NCBI GenBank assembly: GCA_016744705.1
Contig: JADGDU010000013.1
Span: 69,709-133,708, forward strand
Origin: Candidatus Krumholzibacteriia bacterium
GTDB lineage: Bacteria > Krumholzibacteriota > Krumholzibacteriia > LZORAL124-64-63
Direction of reading: 5' to 3'
DNA length: 64,000 nt
Shown: piece by piece, positions 37,405-48,603 of the stretch
How positions within the stretch are numbered: position 1 is the first letter of the stretch
Layout of the letters: the number at the start of each line of letters is the position of its first letter
Translations under genes and position numbers: made by a program
Notes under the pieces: generated by a model
What the model was told of the DNA's origin: nothing
Seen by the model: the letters and a program-made list of their open reading frames with translations, nothing else
The model's database searches: none

Positions 37405-39693
37405 ATGAACCTCTTTCAAGAGTTGCGCGAACGCCGGGTACCACAAATTGCCAGTGGTTATGTTGTGGGAGGCTGGGGTGTTATCCAGTTTTTAGAATTT
37501 CTCGAGGGACGGATGGCCGTGACTTCTACTTTGGTCAACCTGGTGGGGGTTGGCTTGCTGCTGCTTTTGCCTTCCATTGTGGTTTTGGCCTGGGTTCACG
37601 GTCGTCCCGGTAGAGATACCTGGGGCCGCATCCCCAAGGTGCTTTTGCCGGCCAACGTTTTGGCCATCATTTTAATGTTATTCTTTTTGTTTAGAGGTGA
37701 GGAGCTGGGCGCCATCACCGAAACCATTGAAATCCAGGATGAAAATGGAGCTGTGAGTGAGCGGGTGGTTCCCAAAAGCCAGTTCCTGCGCCGCCTCTTG
37801 GTGTTCTACCCTGAAAACATTGGTGACCAAGAGAGCGATTGGGCCAGGGAAACATTAGGTGTTCTTTTGGGACTGGACTTGAAACAGGATGTTTTTGTGA
37901 GCCCGATTTTACCTCATTCCATAGTGGGTGCGATGAAGGACGCAGGCGTTGATGATGGCCATGTTCCCACCCGATCATTGCAGCGAAAAATAGCCCGCGA
38001 TGGGCATGTGGAATTTTTTCTTACCAGCACCATAAAACATGAAAATAATGTGTGGATCTATACCAGTGAATTACACGAAAGTGAAAGTGGGCGTATTCTG
38101 GCGAATCGAACCACCGAGGCAGATAATCTTTACACTCTCACTGATTTAGCATCCCGCCAAATCAGAGAGGATTTGGGGATCCCGTCTGCTCAGTTGGAAA
38201 GCAGCCCAGATCTGCCCGTAGTGGAATTGACCAGTAGTGATTTGGAAGCCGTGAAGAGCCAGGTGTTGGGCGTGATAGCCATCACCCATGAAAACAATTG
38301 GGAAAAAGCTGCCCCCCTATTAGATGATGCTGTGAGTCGAGACCCGGGAAACGCCATGGCCCAATTCCTGCGGTTTGCGGTTTATCAAACTCTGGGCGAT
38401 CAGGAAAAATCAAACGAGGCCATCGACGCGGCCATGCAGAATCTTTATCGGGCCCCCGAGCGCACTGGATTCATGATAAAGGCTCAGTATTATTACAACA
38501 GGCAAGAAGTCGATAAATCCATGGCCGTGTTGAAGATGTGGAGTCAGATTTACCCTTATGACAGTGAAGCTTACACCATCCAGGCCCTCTATTGTATCAT
38601 ACAGCAGGATTTACCCGGTGCCATTGCAGCCTATGAAAAAATTATGGCCATTGACCCGGGCCAAGTGAGATTGGTACGGGAAATCGCTACACTGCAACAA
38701 CAGATGGGAAATTTTGCCGAAGCTGAAAGCAGCTTTTTGAAATTTGTGGAAATGTACCCCACGGATACGGGCGGGTATAAGGATCTGGCTGAGTGTTTTG
38801 TGGCTACAGGAAAATTTGAAAAAGCCAGAGAAGCTCTTGAAAAAGCCCAGCTCATTGATCCTCGTGAACTAGATATTATTTTGGGTTTGGTTGACGTTGA
38901 TATTAGAACAGGGAAATTTGAAAAGAGTGAAAATGTTTTGGTTGAAGAGTTTGCCAGAGCCAAGACCGCCAGGGATAGGATTAAAATTCTGACTCGCCAG
39001 TTGGTTCTCACGGAGTTGTTAGGTCGTTCTGACCAGTTGAGTCAGGTGATTGACTCATTCCACTCCTCCCTGTTGGATATGCAAAGTCCTATGCAAGCCG
39101 ATCTCATGTATTCGATGCTTTTGACATCTCTGGCCAATGCCGGAAAGCCTGCTCTTTCTCTGGAAAAAATCGAAGTAGCAACAGCTAAAATCATTCCTCC
39201 TTATGATAAGCTGACAGGAGTCAGCCGAGCATGGGCTCTGGTTAGTCTGGGGCGCCTCGAAGAGGCGAAGGTGGCCTTAGCCGAAGCTACTGAATTGGCT
39301 GAAACCTTTAAGATTGAAGCGTTCCGTTCAGTCCTTTCCTTGGTCGGCGGGATGATTTTCGAAGAAGAAGATAATCTTGAAGCAGCCATTCCCCTGTTCA
39401 GAGAAGCGGTTGCTACAAAAACGGAGGCGGCTTCTATTTTCGAAGTCCGATTGGCGAGGGCTTTGCGGAAGAATGGTCAGTCTCAAGGGGCTCTTGAAGT
39501 GTTGGAAGCTGTCATGAAGGCGGACCCGGCTCAGCCTGAGTATCATCTTGAAATGGCGCTGACTCTACACCAATTGGGGAAGACATCCCAAGCCAGGCGT
39601 CACTTGGAAACCGCCCAGTTGGCCTGGGTTTCTGCCCATCCGGATTATCCGCCTGCTTTGGAAGCCAAGGCCTTGGCTTCGGAAATCAATTAA
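37405..39693 (+). CDS. membrane-anchored tetratricopeptide-repeat protein
   Basis: N-terminal ...RERRVPQIASGYVVGGWGVIQ... motif followed by two TM helices, then multiple TPR-like repeats (W..A...Y..A...G....A-type periodicity). 762 aa. Confidence 0.65.
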   Translation: MNLFQELRERRVPQIASGYVVGGWGVIQFLEFLEGRMAVTSTLVNLVGVGLLLLLPSIVVLAWVHGRPGRDTWGRIPKVLLPANVLAIILMLFFLFRGEELGAITETIEIQDENGAVSERVVPKSQFLRRLLVFYPENIGDQESDWARETLGVLLGLDLKQDVFVSPILPHSIVGAMKDAGVDDGHVPTRSLQRKIARDGHVEFFLTSTIKHENNVWIYTSELHESESGRILANRTTEADNLYTLTDLASRQIREDLGIPSAQLESSPDLPVVELTSSDLEAVKSQVLGVIAITHENNWEKAAPLLDDAVSRDPGNAMAQFLRFAVYQTLGDQEKSNEAIDAAMQNLYRAPERTGFMIKAQYYYNRQEVDKSMAVLKMWSQIYPYDSEAYTIQALYCIIQQDLPGAIAAYEKIMAIDPGQVRLVREIATLQQQMGNFAEAESSFLKFVEMYPTDTGGYKDLAECFVATGKFEKAREALEKAQLIDPRELDIILGLVDVDIRTGKFEKSENVLVEEFARAKTARDRIKILTRQLVLTELLGRSDQLSQVIDSFHSSLLDMQSPMQADLMYSMLLTSLANAGKPALSLEKIEVATAKIIPPYDKLTGVSRAWALVSLGRLEEAKVALAEATELAETFKIEAFRSVLSLVGGMIFEEEDNLEAAIPLFREAVATKTEAASIFEVRLARALRKNGQSQGALEVLEAVMKADPAQPEYHLEMALTLHQLGKTSQARRHLETAQLAWVSAHPDYPPALEAKALASEIN

Positions 39694-39696
39694 AAG

Positions 39697-39740
39697 AAAA
39701 AAAACCACCGACAGTCCTAAGACTGCCGGTGGTTCTTTTC
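39697..39740. terminator. bidirectional terminator between convergent genes (A-run - ccaccgacagtc-ctaa-gactgccggtgg - T-run)
   Basis: 12-bp stem with one mismatch. It is flanked by aaaaaaaa upstream and ttcttttc downstream, so it can serve both strands. Confidence 0.55.
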
Positions 39741-39779
39741 ATTTACTCCGTCCTTCTCAGGACATTGTATTTCAGGGTA

Positions 39780-42700
39780 TTACCTGACCAACATGATCTT
39801 GGTCGCGTAAACGCCTTCTTCACTATTCATCCGCACAAAGTAAGTACCACTGGATACTCCACGTCCGGCAGAATCAGTACCATTCCACTGCACAGGATAA
39901 TTTCCTGCTTCTACAACGCTATTGACCAGAGTTTTAATTCTCTGACCCAAGACGTTATACACCGAAAGGGTAATGTGTTGCTGGTGTGCAACCGAATACT
40001 TGATCGTTGTCATGGGGTTGAAGGGGTTGGGGTGAGCGCCTGCAACACCTGTCACCACTGACGGCAGATCATTCTGGTTCACGCCGTCGCCGCCGCCTTC
40101 GATACCCACGGTACCGTCAACGTTCAGGACCACGGGAATCTCGATTGCGGGAGTTATAGGATCGTTGCTGGCAATAGACAGCACAGCCTGATAGACACCC
40201 ATTTCCAGATCGGTGCTGTCGAACGTCAAATCGATGTTCTGGCTGCTCATCATGGGAATCATGCCCGTCAGAGGAGCTGCGGTGACCCAGGTCAAAGGCT
40301 CAGCGGTGGCCAGGCGGATAGCCAGACCGTCGTGCAGGTAGCTACCATCGTTGAAGGCGACCAGGAGGCCGTCATCGCCGGTGGCGTTTTCGATTCCCAC
40401 CGTGCATCCACTACCATCGGCTACTGTTTCGTATTGGTAAATGATGCTGCCATCCGCATTGAGGATGATCTGGAAGGTTTCGGCTGCAGGGTTGTTGTAA
40501 TGAGGGACATCCTGCCACTGGACAATGAAGCGGTTGGCTTCACTGAGATAGTAGATGGTGCCGCCATCGTTGGGGTTAAGGTCATCCCACAGGGGTGCCA
40601 GCAGATTGTTAGGATCTGCAGCGTCGGGAATGCCCTGGTTGCTGTAACTGGTTGCTGTGGCGGTAAAGGACGCCCAGCCGTTGGTGCAAACGTTGATCGT
40701 TTCGAACGTATTGCCATAGTAGCTGATGGGGAAGCCCAACTCGAATGGTCCAAAGTTGGCGTCATCGCCAGAGCCGACAACATTTCCGGTGCCGGAGATG
40801 TCGACCCAGTTGTAAACAGGACCGCCAGTTTCATCGCTGTCCATCCAGGTGTAACCAAATTCATCAGGACCGCCAGCACCGGTGATGGGGCTGATTGTGC
40901 CACGTTGGTCGTCTTCACCCTTGGTGAATTCTTTGTGAGGCACAGGGTTGATCACTGTGGTCCGAGTGGGCATCACTTCTACCAGACCCAGAGCGTAGGT
41001 CAGAGCTGCGTCGCCCACATTATCAATGAGGAAAGGCATGTCAGCAGTTTCGTTCATGCCCAAAGTCATTTCGATGGGTGTGGTTGAAACGCTGATTTCG
41101 GGGACACCAGGCAAGGCCACGGCTGGCAATTCCATGAAGTCGATCCAGGCCGCATCGCTACCGCCGTCCACAGAACCGTCTTTGGCGTAGATGAAGCTGA
41201 AGGTGCGCATACCAGGTTCCACGGTGTGCACATACTCGGCCCATTCGTGTTCGCCGGCCCATTGGTCAATAAGCACTCCGTCTACCATGAACTGGAAGTA
41301 ATCGTAGCCTTCTTCACTGGATACCTTGTAGAAGAATTTGATTTCGCCTTGGGCGAGAACTTCCAGGCTCAGTTCCAGGCCAGTGGACCCGTTGTCGTTG
41401 ATGGCACCACTCTGGGCTGCGTAAGAACCTTCATAGGTGGTGCTGGAATCGATGGTCCAGGCGGTTCCATCCATTTCCCATGGGAAACGACTGAAGTTAC
41501 CGGATTCGAAGTCATCACCAATCCACTCGGGAAGGTTGAAATCGAGGGTCATGTCGGCCAACAATTCCACAGTCTGAACCAGAGTTCCCATGCCATTGGC
41601 GCGGGCTGCCATGTCGTAATTCTGACCGGCGCCTGAAGGCAGGACCAGAGAGTAGAATCCGGCGGCGTCACTGGTTACAGGACCCAGAGGAGTGTTGGCG
41701 GCGCGGACAGTGGCACCTTCCACAACAGCACCGTTGGGATCGAAGATGGTTCCGCTGATGGTGGCACTGGGCAGCATGCTGATGGCCAGGTCTTCCATAA
41801 CAGTGGCGTCTTCAGGAATGGTGGTGAAGATGGAACTGTTGTTGTAACCAAATTTGGCTACGGACAATTCGACAGCTTCAGCAGGCATGGTCATACGGTA
41901 ATAACCGTTTTCATCGGTGATGTCCTGGTTATAACCGCCAACTTTCCGCACCAGGGCGCCTTCAATAGGCAGGCCAGTGTCGGCGTCGGTGATGATGCCT
42001 TCCACAGAACCAATGCCGCCCATGACGGCCATGACAGCCTCGTAGGCATCCACGAATCCGTGACCATAGATGTTGTCTTCACCAGGGGCACCAAGATCGA
42101 TGGAGGTGGCCATCAATACTTCTTTGATGGTGATCACATCGATGTTGGGGTTGGAGGCGACCATCAGGGCCACAATACCAGCAACGTGAGGTCCAGCCAT
42201 GGAGGTACCGCTGAGAAGCTGGTATCCGCCACCGGGCTCGGCGCTGTAGATGTCACTACCAGGAGCGGAAACTTCAGGCTTCATGGCAAATTCGCCACCG
42301 CAACCACTGGGTCCGCGGCTGGAGAAACTGCTGATTTCAAAGGGAGCGTAAGGTTGGGTGGAACCGACGCTGAAGCAATTGGTCGGGGAAGCGGCACGGT
42401 CAGAAGGAGAACGCAGGCTGCCGTCACCAGGGCCTTCGTTACCAGCGGACCAGGTCAGGCAGACGCCAGCGGCTTCACAGTTATCCAGGGCATCCCACCA
42501 GCGGCTGTCACAGTCGTAATAACCACTGAAGTTTTCGTTTACGCCCCAGGAGTTTTGAACAACTGCGGGAACGTCGAGGTGAGTGTCAGGATTTCCATCA
42601 GGGTCGGCCATGAACTCGAGAGAGGCGATGACGCCATTGTCGAACTCAATGCCGGTGCCGGAATTGATAATATTGGTAGCGATCCACAGGGCGCCGGGGG

Positions 42701-43472
42701 CTACACCGATGGTATCATCGGCAGCAAGACCGGTGATGGTTCCCATAACGTGGGTACCATGATAGTGGCGGTCGGCGGGGAAATCGGGGTCGCCCAGGTT
42801 GGCGGCGTCAAGCCAGCATTCTTCTGCTGGAGCGTAGTTGCCCCGCCAGCGATCCATGAGGGCAGGGTGGGTGCCGTCAACACCGGTGTCCAGGATACCA
42901 ACGACAACGCCGGTACCATCAATGCCCAGTTCTTCCCAAACCCGGGGCGCATTGATGGCCTGCAGACCAGGGGTCATGCCGATGCCACGAGTGCCAGCGG
43001 CGAAGTGTACTTCTTTTTCACTCTGGATGGGCTCGATAAGCTCGACCACGAGGTCGGCTTCCACGCGCTCAACATCATCCCGCATGGCCAGTTCGCGGAT
43101 AGCTTCCACGGTACCAACGACCACGACAGAGTTGACGATCCAGTGAGGAGTGTAACCCAGGATGCGTCCACCGGCTTTGTCTGCTTCCAGACTGGCCAGC
43201 AGGTCACCCTGCGATTTTTGGGCACTGCTTTGCAGTGTGTTCAGGACGATGCGGTGGCGCACATCCACATCTGCTTTGCTGTCATGCAGTTCCCAGTTCA
43301 AACTATTGATATCAGCCTGGTCTTTCATGACGACCAGAACTTTGGTGATATCAGAACCTTTTTGACCCTCCAGTTGTTGCTCCAGACCGGGAGTCATGAA
43401 GCCTGCTTGAGCGTTGGCTGCTATTAAAAGCACCAGCAAGCTGAGGGTTATGAGTTTTATCGATTTCATCAA
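39780..43472 (-). CDS. subtilisin-like serine peptidase (S8 family) with inhibitor-I9-like propeptide and T9SS C-terminal sorting domain
   Basis: Catalytic triad motifs VGILDTGVD, HGTHVMGTITG and GTSMAGPHVAGIVAL. Signal peptide MMKSIKLITLSLLVLLIAANAQA. CTD AHPNPFNPMTTIKYSV...GTYFVRMNSEEGVYATKIMLVR. 1230 aa. Confidence 0.85.
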   Translation of the reverse strand: MMKSIKLITLSLLVLLIAANAQAGFMTPGLEQQLEGQKGSDITKVLVVMKDQADINSLNWELHDSKADVDVRHRIVLNTLQSSAQKSQGDLLASLEADKAGGRILGYTPHWIVNSVVVVGTVEAIRELAMRDDVERVEADLVVELIEPIQSEKEVHFAAGTRGIGMTPGLQAINAPRVWEELGIDGTGVVVGILDTGVDGTHPALMDRWRGNYAPAEECWLDAANLGDPDFPADRHYHGTHVMGTITGLAADDTIGVAPGALWIATNIINSGTGIEFDNGVIASLEFMADPDGNPDTHLDVPAVVQNSWGVNENFSGYYDCDSRWWDALDNCEAAGVCLTWSAGNEGPGDGSLRSPSDRAASPTNCFSVGSTQPYAPFEISSFSSRGPSGCGGEFAMKPEVSAPGSDIYSAEPGGGYQLLSGTSMAGPHVAGIVALMVASNPNIDVITIKEVLMATSIDLGAPGEDNIYGHGFVDAYEAVMAVMGGIGSVEGIITDADTGLPIEGALVRKVGGYNQDITDENGYYRMTMPAEAVELSVAKFGYNNSSIFTTIPEDATVMEDLAISMLPSATISGTIFDPNGAVVEGATVRAANTPLGPVTSDAAGFYSLVLPSGAGQNYDMAARANGMGTLVQTVELLADMTLDFNLPEWIGDDFESGNFSRFPWEMDGTAWTIDSSTTYEGSYAAQSGAINDNGSTGLELSLEVLAQGEIKFFYKVSSEEGYDYFQFMVDGVLIDQWAGEHEWAEYVHTVEPGMRTFSFIYAKDGSVDGGSDAAWIDFMELPAVALPGVPEISVSTTPIEMTLGMNETADMPFLIDNVGDAALTYALGLVEVMPTRTTVINPVPHKEFTKGEDDQRGTISPITGAGGPDEFGYTWMDSDETGGPVYNWVDISGTGNVVGSGDDANFGPFELGFPISYYGNTFETINVCTNGWASFTATATSYSNQGIPDAADPNNLLAPLWDDLNPNDGGTIYYLSEANRFIVQWQDVPHYNNPAAETFQIILNADGSIIYQYETVADGSGCTVGIENATGDDGLLVAFNDGSYLHDGLAIRLATAEPLTWVTAAPLTGMIPMMSSQNIDLTFDSTDLEMGVYQAVLSIASNDPITPAIEIPVVLNVDGTVGIEGGGDGVNQNDLPSVVTGVAGAHPNPFNPMTTIKYSVAHQQHITLSVYNVLGQRIKTLVNSVVEAGNYPVQWNGTDSAGRGVSSGTYFVRMNSEEGVYATKIMLVR

Positions 43473-43789
43473 GGAAACCCCTTTTGGTAAGAATGGCGAG
43501 AGATCATGAAGTTTTTTGAATTAAGGTTACAATCAAGTCCCGTTCTTGGGATCTTGGATGATTTTCCGTAACTCCATGCGGTGATTAGATTTATTGTATC
43601 ACAAGTGAAGTTCTTTTGCAGTAAAAATATGTCATTGAGTTTGATAACCGGAATGCAAAAAAAGGAGGGTTCTCAAATTGGAGATCACCCAAGGGTACTA
43701 TGAGGTTCGGATAACAATGGTAAGATATTGAAATGTGGTTATCATAGAGGGCAGAGCGAGCAGTGAGAGTTTATTTTCTGGAGGAGAAG

Positions 43790-44941
43790 ATGAGTTCCTA
43801 CACAGAGCCTGAATTCCGGTCCACACCTTACGATATTTCCCAGTCTTTTAGTCTTGTGACCAAGAGCCCAATTCTTGATGCCTTACTGGATTCGGTGGGT
43901 GGCTTGTTGGCTGTTTTGGATAAAAACAGGCAAATCATTTCGGTGAACGAAAAATTTCTGAAAGATCTGTTGGGCCATGGCCAGTCCGGGGAGGATGTTA
44001 AAAGTATCCTGGGCTTGCGGCTGGGAGAAGTTCTTCATTGCGTCCATGCAGGTGATGGCCCCGATGGATGTGGAACTTCAGCCTGCTGTTCTTCCTGTGG
44101 GGCGGCATTGGCGATGGTGGCCAGCCTCGCCTTAAATAATCCTGTGGAAAAAAAATGTGCCATAAAGACTGAAAAAAATGGCGTTCCAGTGGACTTTTTC
44201 TTTGAGGTCCGCTCACAGTCCCTGCAAATAGATGGGGAAACTTATATCCTCCTTTTTCTACGAGACATTACCAGCGAGCAGCGGAGGGCTGCTTTGGAGC
44301 AGGTTTTTTTTCACGATATTAACAACACCCTCGGGGCCTTGCTGGGGGCCAGCGAATTGATGATGGAAGATCCTGGAAATCATGAATTACCCGAAATTTT
44401 GAAACAAGGAGTTTTGCGGCTCGAGGGTGAAATCAATATCCAAAAAATCCTTTTGTATGATTCTGGACCCGATGCAGGACTGAGTTTCAGCCAGGTTTCC
44501 CTCGAAGAAATTATTGAAGAATTAAAGACCACCATGCCCCTTCGACCTGAGGCAAAAAACAAAAAAATTGCCATTTCCAAAGAGATTCCCAACTGCAATC
44601 TCTACACGAACCGGGCCTTACTCATGCGCATTTTAACAAACATGTTAGTGAACGCTTTCGAAGCGACCCTGGACCATGGAACAGTCCATTTATGGGTTGA
44701 AAAAGGCAGGAAGGAAGCCTCTTTCCGCGTCTGGAACTCTCAAATGATTCCCCCATTGGTGGCAGATCGTGTTTTTCAACGAAATTATTCCACCAAAAAA
44801 GGAAGTGGGCGAGGAGTGGGAACTTATTCCATGAAGCTTTTTGGTGAAAAATTTCTGGGAGGCGAAGTTGGTTTTTTAACTTCTCAAAGCCATGGAACTG
44901 TGTTTTTCCTCACACTCCCTTTCTCTCCAACACTCCATTAA
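43790..44941 (+). CDS. orphan cytoplasmic sensor histidine kinase with Cys-rich PAS-like N-terminal domain
   Basis: H-box FFHDINNTLGALLGASELM and ATP-binding motifs (LVNAFEAT..., KGSGRGVGTYSMKLF). Cys cluster HCVHAGDGPDGCGTSACCSSCG in the N-terminal sensor. GGAGGA ribosome-binding site before the ATG at 43790. No adjacent response regulator. Confidence 0.7.
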   Translation: MSSYTEPEFRSTPYDISQSFSLVTKSPILDALLDSVGGLLAVLDKNRQIISVNEKFLKDLLGHGQSGEDVKSILGLRLGEVLHCVHAGDGPDGCGTSACCSSCGAALAMVASLALNNPVEKKCAIKTEKNGVPVDFFFEVRSQSLQIDGETYILLFLRDITSEQRRAALEQVFFHDINNTLGALLGASELMMEDPGNHELPEILKQGVLRLEGEINIQKILLYDSGPDAGLSFSQVSLEEIIEELKTTMPLRPEAKNKKIAISKEIPNCNLYTNRALLMRILTNMLVNAFEATLDHGTVHLWVEKGRKEASFRVWNSQMIPPLVADRVFQRNYSTKKGSGRGVGTYSMKLFGEKFLGGEVGFLTSQSHGTVFFLTLPFSPTLH

Positions 44942-45090
44942 GTCATGGCCACTGATCTGGCCTGCCCATTGCAAAACCTTCCTTATTAGAAGATACTCCC
45001 AGGCTGCTTTGGTTGGCCGGAGATTTCATCAACTTAGCCAATTCCAATGGGTTGCTGCTACTGCTAGCCTGTTCCGGAAGGTAATCGGAA

Positions 45091-48000
45091 ATGCTGTTTT
45101 CACAACGTGTGGTCACCTTTTTTGCTCTCCTGGTATGTTTTTCTGTCATTTCCGCCCTTGACCCGGGCTCAGCATTGGCCCGGGATTGGGTGGTACCAGA
45201 CCAGGCTCCCACTATCCAATCGGCCATGGATTCCTGCGTTACGGGTGATGTTGTGGTGATCCAGGCGGGCCTTTACGATGATTGCAGCAACTTGAGCAAT
45301 GGAGCCCTGCACATCGCTGTGGTGCCTTCGGGAGTGAGTATGCGCGGGGCTACCGGGAACCCAGCTGATGTGGTTCTGGACGCTGGATACCTGGGCCGTT
45401 GTCTGGAAATCAGAAACAATACGGCAAACTTTAGCATCGAAGGTATCACCATGCGCCGCGGACGGGCTTTTGCTCCCTTGGGTAAAGGGGGGGCTGTGTT
45501 TGCCATGTTCGCCAGTCCCGTTTTCCGCAACTGTGTCTTTGACAGTAACTATGCTGATTTTGGTGGCGGCGCCATTTCCGTTGGCTACGGCGACAGCCTC
45601 AAGGTTGAAGATTGCATTTTCATGGCTAATGAAACTGACGGCATAGGGGCGGCCATTCAAGCCAGCAATACTAAGACCACAATCATTGGCAGTACTTTTC
45701 ATGGATCCCGCGGAGCATCGATCCACTATGCCAACGAAGACATTTCCTTGGAGCGTTGCATCATCGCCGGGGGTGACGCGGAGGCTTTAGTCCAGAATGT
45801 CAGTACAGATCCTGACCCGGAAATTTCCTGTTGCGACATCTTTGGCAATGAAGAGGATTACTCCGAATTTTTTGAAGACGAGCTGGATCAAAACGGAAAC
45901 ATTTCCATCAACCCTTTATTCTGTAATCCATATTTTGGTGATTTGCACTTGTCGGCTGTATCGGCCTGTGCCCTGGAAAATTCCGGAGATTGTGGGCAAA
46001 TTGGCGCCTTACCTGTGGGCTGCGGAGTCGGTGCTGTAACATACCTCATTGAAGCAGATGGCAGCGGCGATTGGCCCACCATTCAGGAGGCCATCGATAT
46101 CTCAGTGGTGGGCGATACCATCGTCCTGGCCCCCGGGGTTTTCACAGGCGAAGGAAACCGCGACCTGGATTTCCTGGGCAAGGCCATCACCATTCAAGGT
46201 CAAAGCACCGATCCGGAATTAACGGTCATCGATTGTCAGGGTACTTTATTGGAGAACCACCGAGGGTTCATTTTCCAGTCCGGTGAAGTGGCCACTTCCA
46301 TTCTACGCAATGTGAGCATCATCAATGGAAATGTAGCCGATGAGGGAGGCGCCATCCTCTGCATGTCTTCGCCCCTCATTGAAAATTGCCGGTTCGCCAT
46401 GAACCATGCGGACTATGGCGGCGGCATTTTCTGCGCCCACGGCTCTCCCACCATCAACAACTGCGAGTTTACCCAAAATGAAGGCCGGGCCAAGGGTGGT
46501 GGCATCGGGCTGTTTGCCTCCGAAGCCATCATCACCAATACAATTATTACGGGGAACTGGGGATATATGGGAGCAGCCATTTTCCTGCCCGATTCTTCAA
46601 GCGTTCAAGTGACGGGATGCACCCTCACCAACAATGCCAACTCTCTGGACAAAGCCACCATCGGCCTGGATGGAAATTCCGTTTTAACCATCAGCAATAC
46701 CATCGTGGCCTATGGACCTCATAATGCTTTTGGGGAATATGATCAAGGCAGTGTGAGCATGAGCGGGTGCAATGTTTATGGACACGGTGCCTTGGATTAC
46801 GGGGGCCCCATTTCGGGTGAAAACGGATCGTCGGGTAACATTTCCGCAGATCCCCTATATTGCGGCGGTGGTAGTGGTGACTTTACTCTGCGTGGCGATT
46901 CACCATGCTCTGAGCACAGTGCTCCCAATGGTGTGTTGATTGGAAAATACCCAGTGGGCTGTCCTGCGCCTTCCCTATTTTCCGATATGTCGGCTAACCT
47001 TCCGGAGGCCTCCGGCCTCAGCTCTGGGGTGAACTTGGTTGACTGGAATGATGATGGTTTTCTGGATTTGATGCTCACCAATGAAGGCAGCGCCAACGAG
47101 GCTTATGATGGTTCAGAGAACTGGCATTTCACAGCTCACACGGGCGATTTCTTTGAAACCTTTGGATCAGGAGGGTTGTCAGCAGCTTTCGCCGATTACG
47201 ATGCAGACGGCGATTTGGATATGTACCTCAGCACCCTGGGTCTACCCAATTTCATGGTTGAAAACGACGGGGGTGTTTTTGAACTCGCCACCGTGGACAG
47301 CTTACAGCGCACTTATGCAGGCGGCAGTTCCAGTTGGACGGATCACAATGGAGACGGAAGTTTGGATCTCTTTATTGCTGCCATCGATAGCACCAGCGTT
47401 TTGATGACTTCTGACGGCGAAGGCAACTATACCAGTTCGACCACCGGGGCTTTGGCGGGAGTGGGCCACTGCATAAGCTCCACCTGGGTCGATTATGACA
47501 ATGATGGTGATCAGGATCTCTATGTTGTCCAGCAGGGCGGCGCCGACCAACTGATCCAAAACGAGGATGGGTTTGTTCTAGTGAGCGATAGTGCGGTGCA
47601 GCACGAGGGCAATGGGCGAGGGGCATCCTGGGGTGACTATAACAACGATGGATTTCTGGACTTATACTTGGCCGTTGATGGTGCAGAAAATCAGCTTATA
47701 AAGAATAGCGGCGGGTCAGATTTTACTGTTGTCCAGAGTGGCCCTCTGGCCCACGAAGGCCCGGGGCGCAGTGGCATCTGGGGAGATTGGGATAATGATG
47801 GCGACCTGGATCTCTTTCTCGCCAACTTTGGTGCCCCGGATCATCTTCTGCGCAATAACGAGGGCGTCTTTTCAGACACCCAGGATCCGGTTTTTGCAGC
47901 TCCGGACAGTAGCGAAGGAGCAGCCTGGGGCGACATTGATAACGATGGTGACCTGGATCTGGTGGTGGGAGTGCGTGGAGGCCCGACCCGTTTGTACCGC

Positions 48001-48603
48001 AACAATACCCTCAATGATAACCATTGGCTGAAGCTGGACCTGCGTAGCTTTTTTGGTATGATTGGCAGCGTGGGGGCCCGAGTGAAAGTGACCACGGCAT
48101 CCGGGAAAGAGCAGATTCGCCAAGTCGCAGCTGGGGGCGGTTGGCGTAGCGGCCAGGATTTCATTGTGCACTTTGGGCTTGGTACTGAAGAAGTGATTCG
48201 TTCAGTAGTAGTGAGATGGCCAGGTGGCGCTCCCCTGATCAGAACCAATGTGGCGGTGGATCAACTGCTGGTTTTGGTGGGAGAAGAGTTGGACCTGACC
48301 GACGTCCCGGGAAATCTGACTCTGGAGTCTTTCCGATTGGACCACGCTTATCCCAACCCTTTCAATCCAAGTACCAATATTAGATTTGCGGTACCGAAGG
48401 ACGATCTGGTTTCCCTCCGGATTTACGATGTGGCCGGTCGGTTGGTGAAGGTTCTGGTGGATGAGCACCGCACCGCCGGGGAGCATGCGGTGGTTTGGCG
48501 CGGACGCGACAACGCCGACCGTGTGGTGGCGGCCGGCGTATACTTTGTGCGTTTGAAAACTGGCCGTTTTACTACAGCCCGGCCCTTGACTCTGGTCAAG
48601 TAA
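45091..48603 (+). CDS. secreted protein: right-handed beta-helix region, FG-GAP/VCBS repeat beta-propeller, ASPIC/UnbV-like domain, T9SS C-terminal sorting domain
   Basis: Signal peptide. Beta-helix-type GGAI repeats ([45 protein letters not shown]). Seven D.D.DGD.D FG-GAP repeats ([80 protein letters not shown]). The stretch [35 protein letters not shown] is ASPIC/UnbV-like. [17 protein letters not shown]...[22 protein letters not shown]. Confidence 0.75.
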   Translation: MLFSQRVVTFFALLVCFSVISALDPGSALARDWVVPDQAPTIQSAMDSCVTGDVVVIQAGLYDDCSNLSNGALHIAVVPSGVSMRGATGNPADVVLDAGYLGRCLEIRNNTANFSIEGITMRRGRAFAPLGKGGAVFAMFASPVFRNCVFDSNYADFGGGAISVGYGDSLKVEDCIFMANETDGIGAAIQASNTKTTIIGSTFHGSRGASIHYANEDISLERCIIAGGDAEALVQNVSTDPDPEISCCDIFGNEEDYSEFFEDELDQNGNISINPLFCNPYFGDLHLSAVSACALENSGDCGQIGALPVGCGVGAVTYLIEADGSGDWPTIQEAIDISVVGDTIVLAPGVFTGEGNRDLDFLGKAITIQGQSTDPELTVIDCQGTLLENHRGFIFQSGEVATSILRNVSIINGNVADEGGAILCMSSPLIENCRFAMNHADYGGGIFCAHGSPTINNCEFTQNEGRAKGGGIGLFASEAIITNTIITGNWGYMGAAIFLPDSSSVQVTGCTLTNNANSLDKATIGLDGNSVLTISNTIVAYGPHNAFGEYDQGSVSMSGCNVYGHGALDYGGPISGENGSSGNISADPLYCGGGSGDFTLRGDSPCSEHSAPNGVLIGKYPVGCPAPSLFSDMSANLPEASGLSSGVNLVDWNDDGFLDLMLTNEGSANEAYDGSENWHFTAHTGDFFETFGSGGLSAAFADYDADGDLDMYLSTLGLPNFMVENDGGVFELATVDSLQRTYAGGSSSWTDHNGDGSLDLFIAAIDSTSVLMTSDGEGNYTSSTTGALAGVGHCISSTWVDYDNDGDQDLYVVQQGGADQLIQNEDGFVLVSDSAVQHEGNGRGASWGDYNNDGFLDLYLAVDGAENQLIKNSGGSDFTVVQSGPLAHEGPGRSGIWGDWDNDGDLDLFLANFGAPDHLLRNNEGVFSDTQDPVFAAPDSSEGAAWGDIDNDGDLDLVVGVRGGPTRLYRNNTLNDNHWLKLDLRSFFGMIGSVGARVKVTTASGKEQIRQVAAGGGWRSGQDFIVHFGLGTEEVIRSVVVRWPGGAPLIRTNVAVDQLLVLVGEELDLTDVPGNLTLESFRLDHAYPNPFNPSTNIRFAVPKDDLVSLRIYDVAGRLVKVLVDEHRTAGEHAVVWRGRDNADRVVAAGVYFVRLKTGRFTTARPLTLVK

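Noticed and set aside
42060-43427. 455-aa plus-strand ORF inside the subtilase gene
   Set aside because: Antisense to the S8 peptidase, which has an intact catalytic triad. Gly/Thr/Val-rich nonsense composition.
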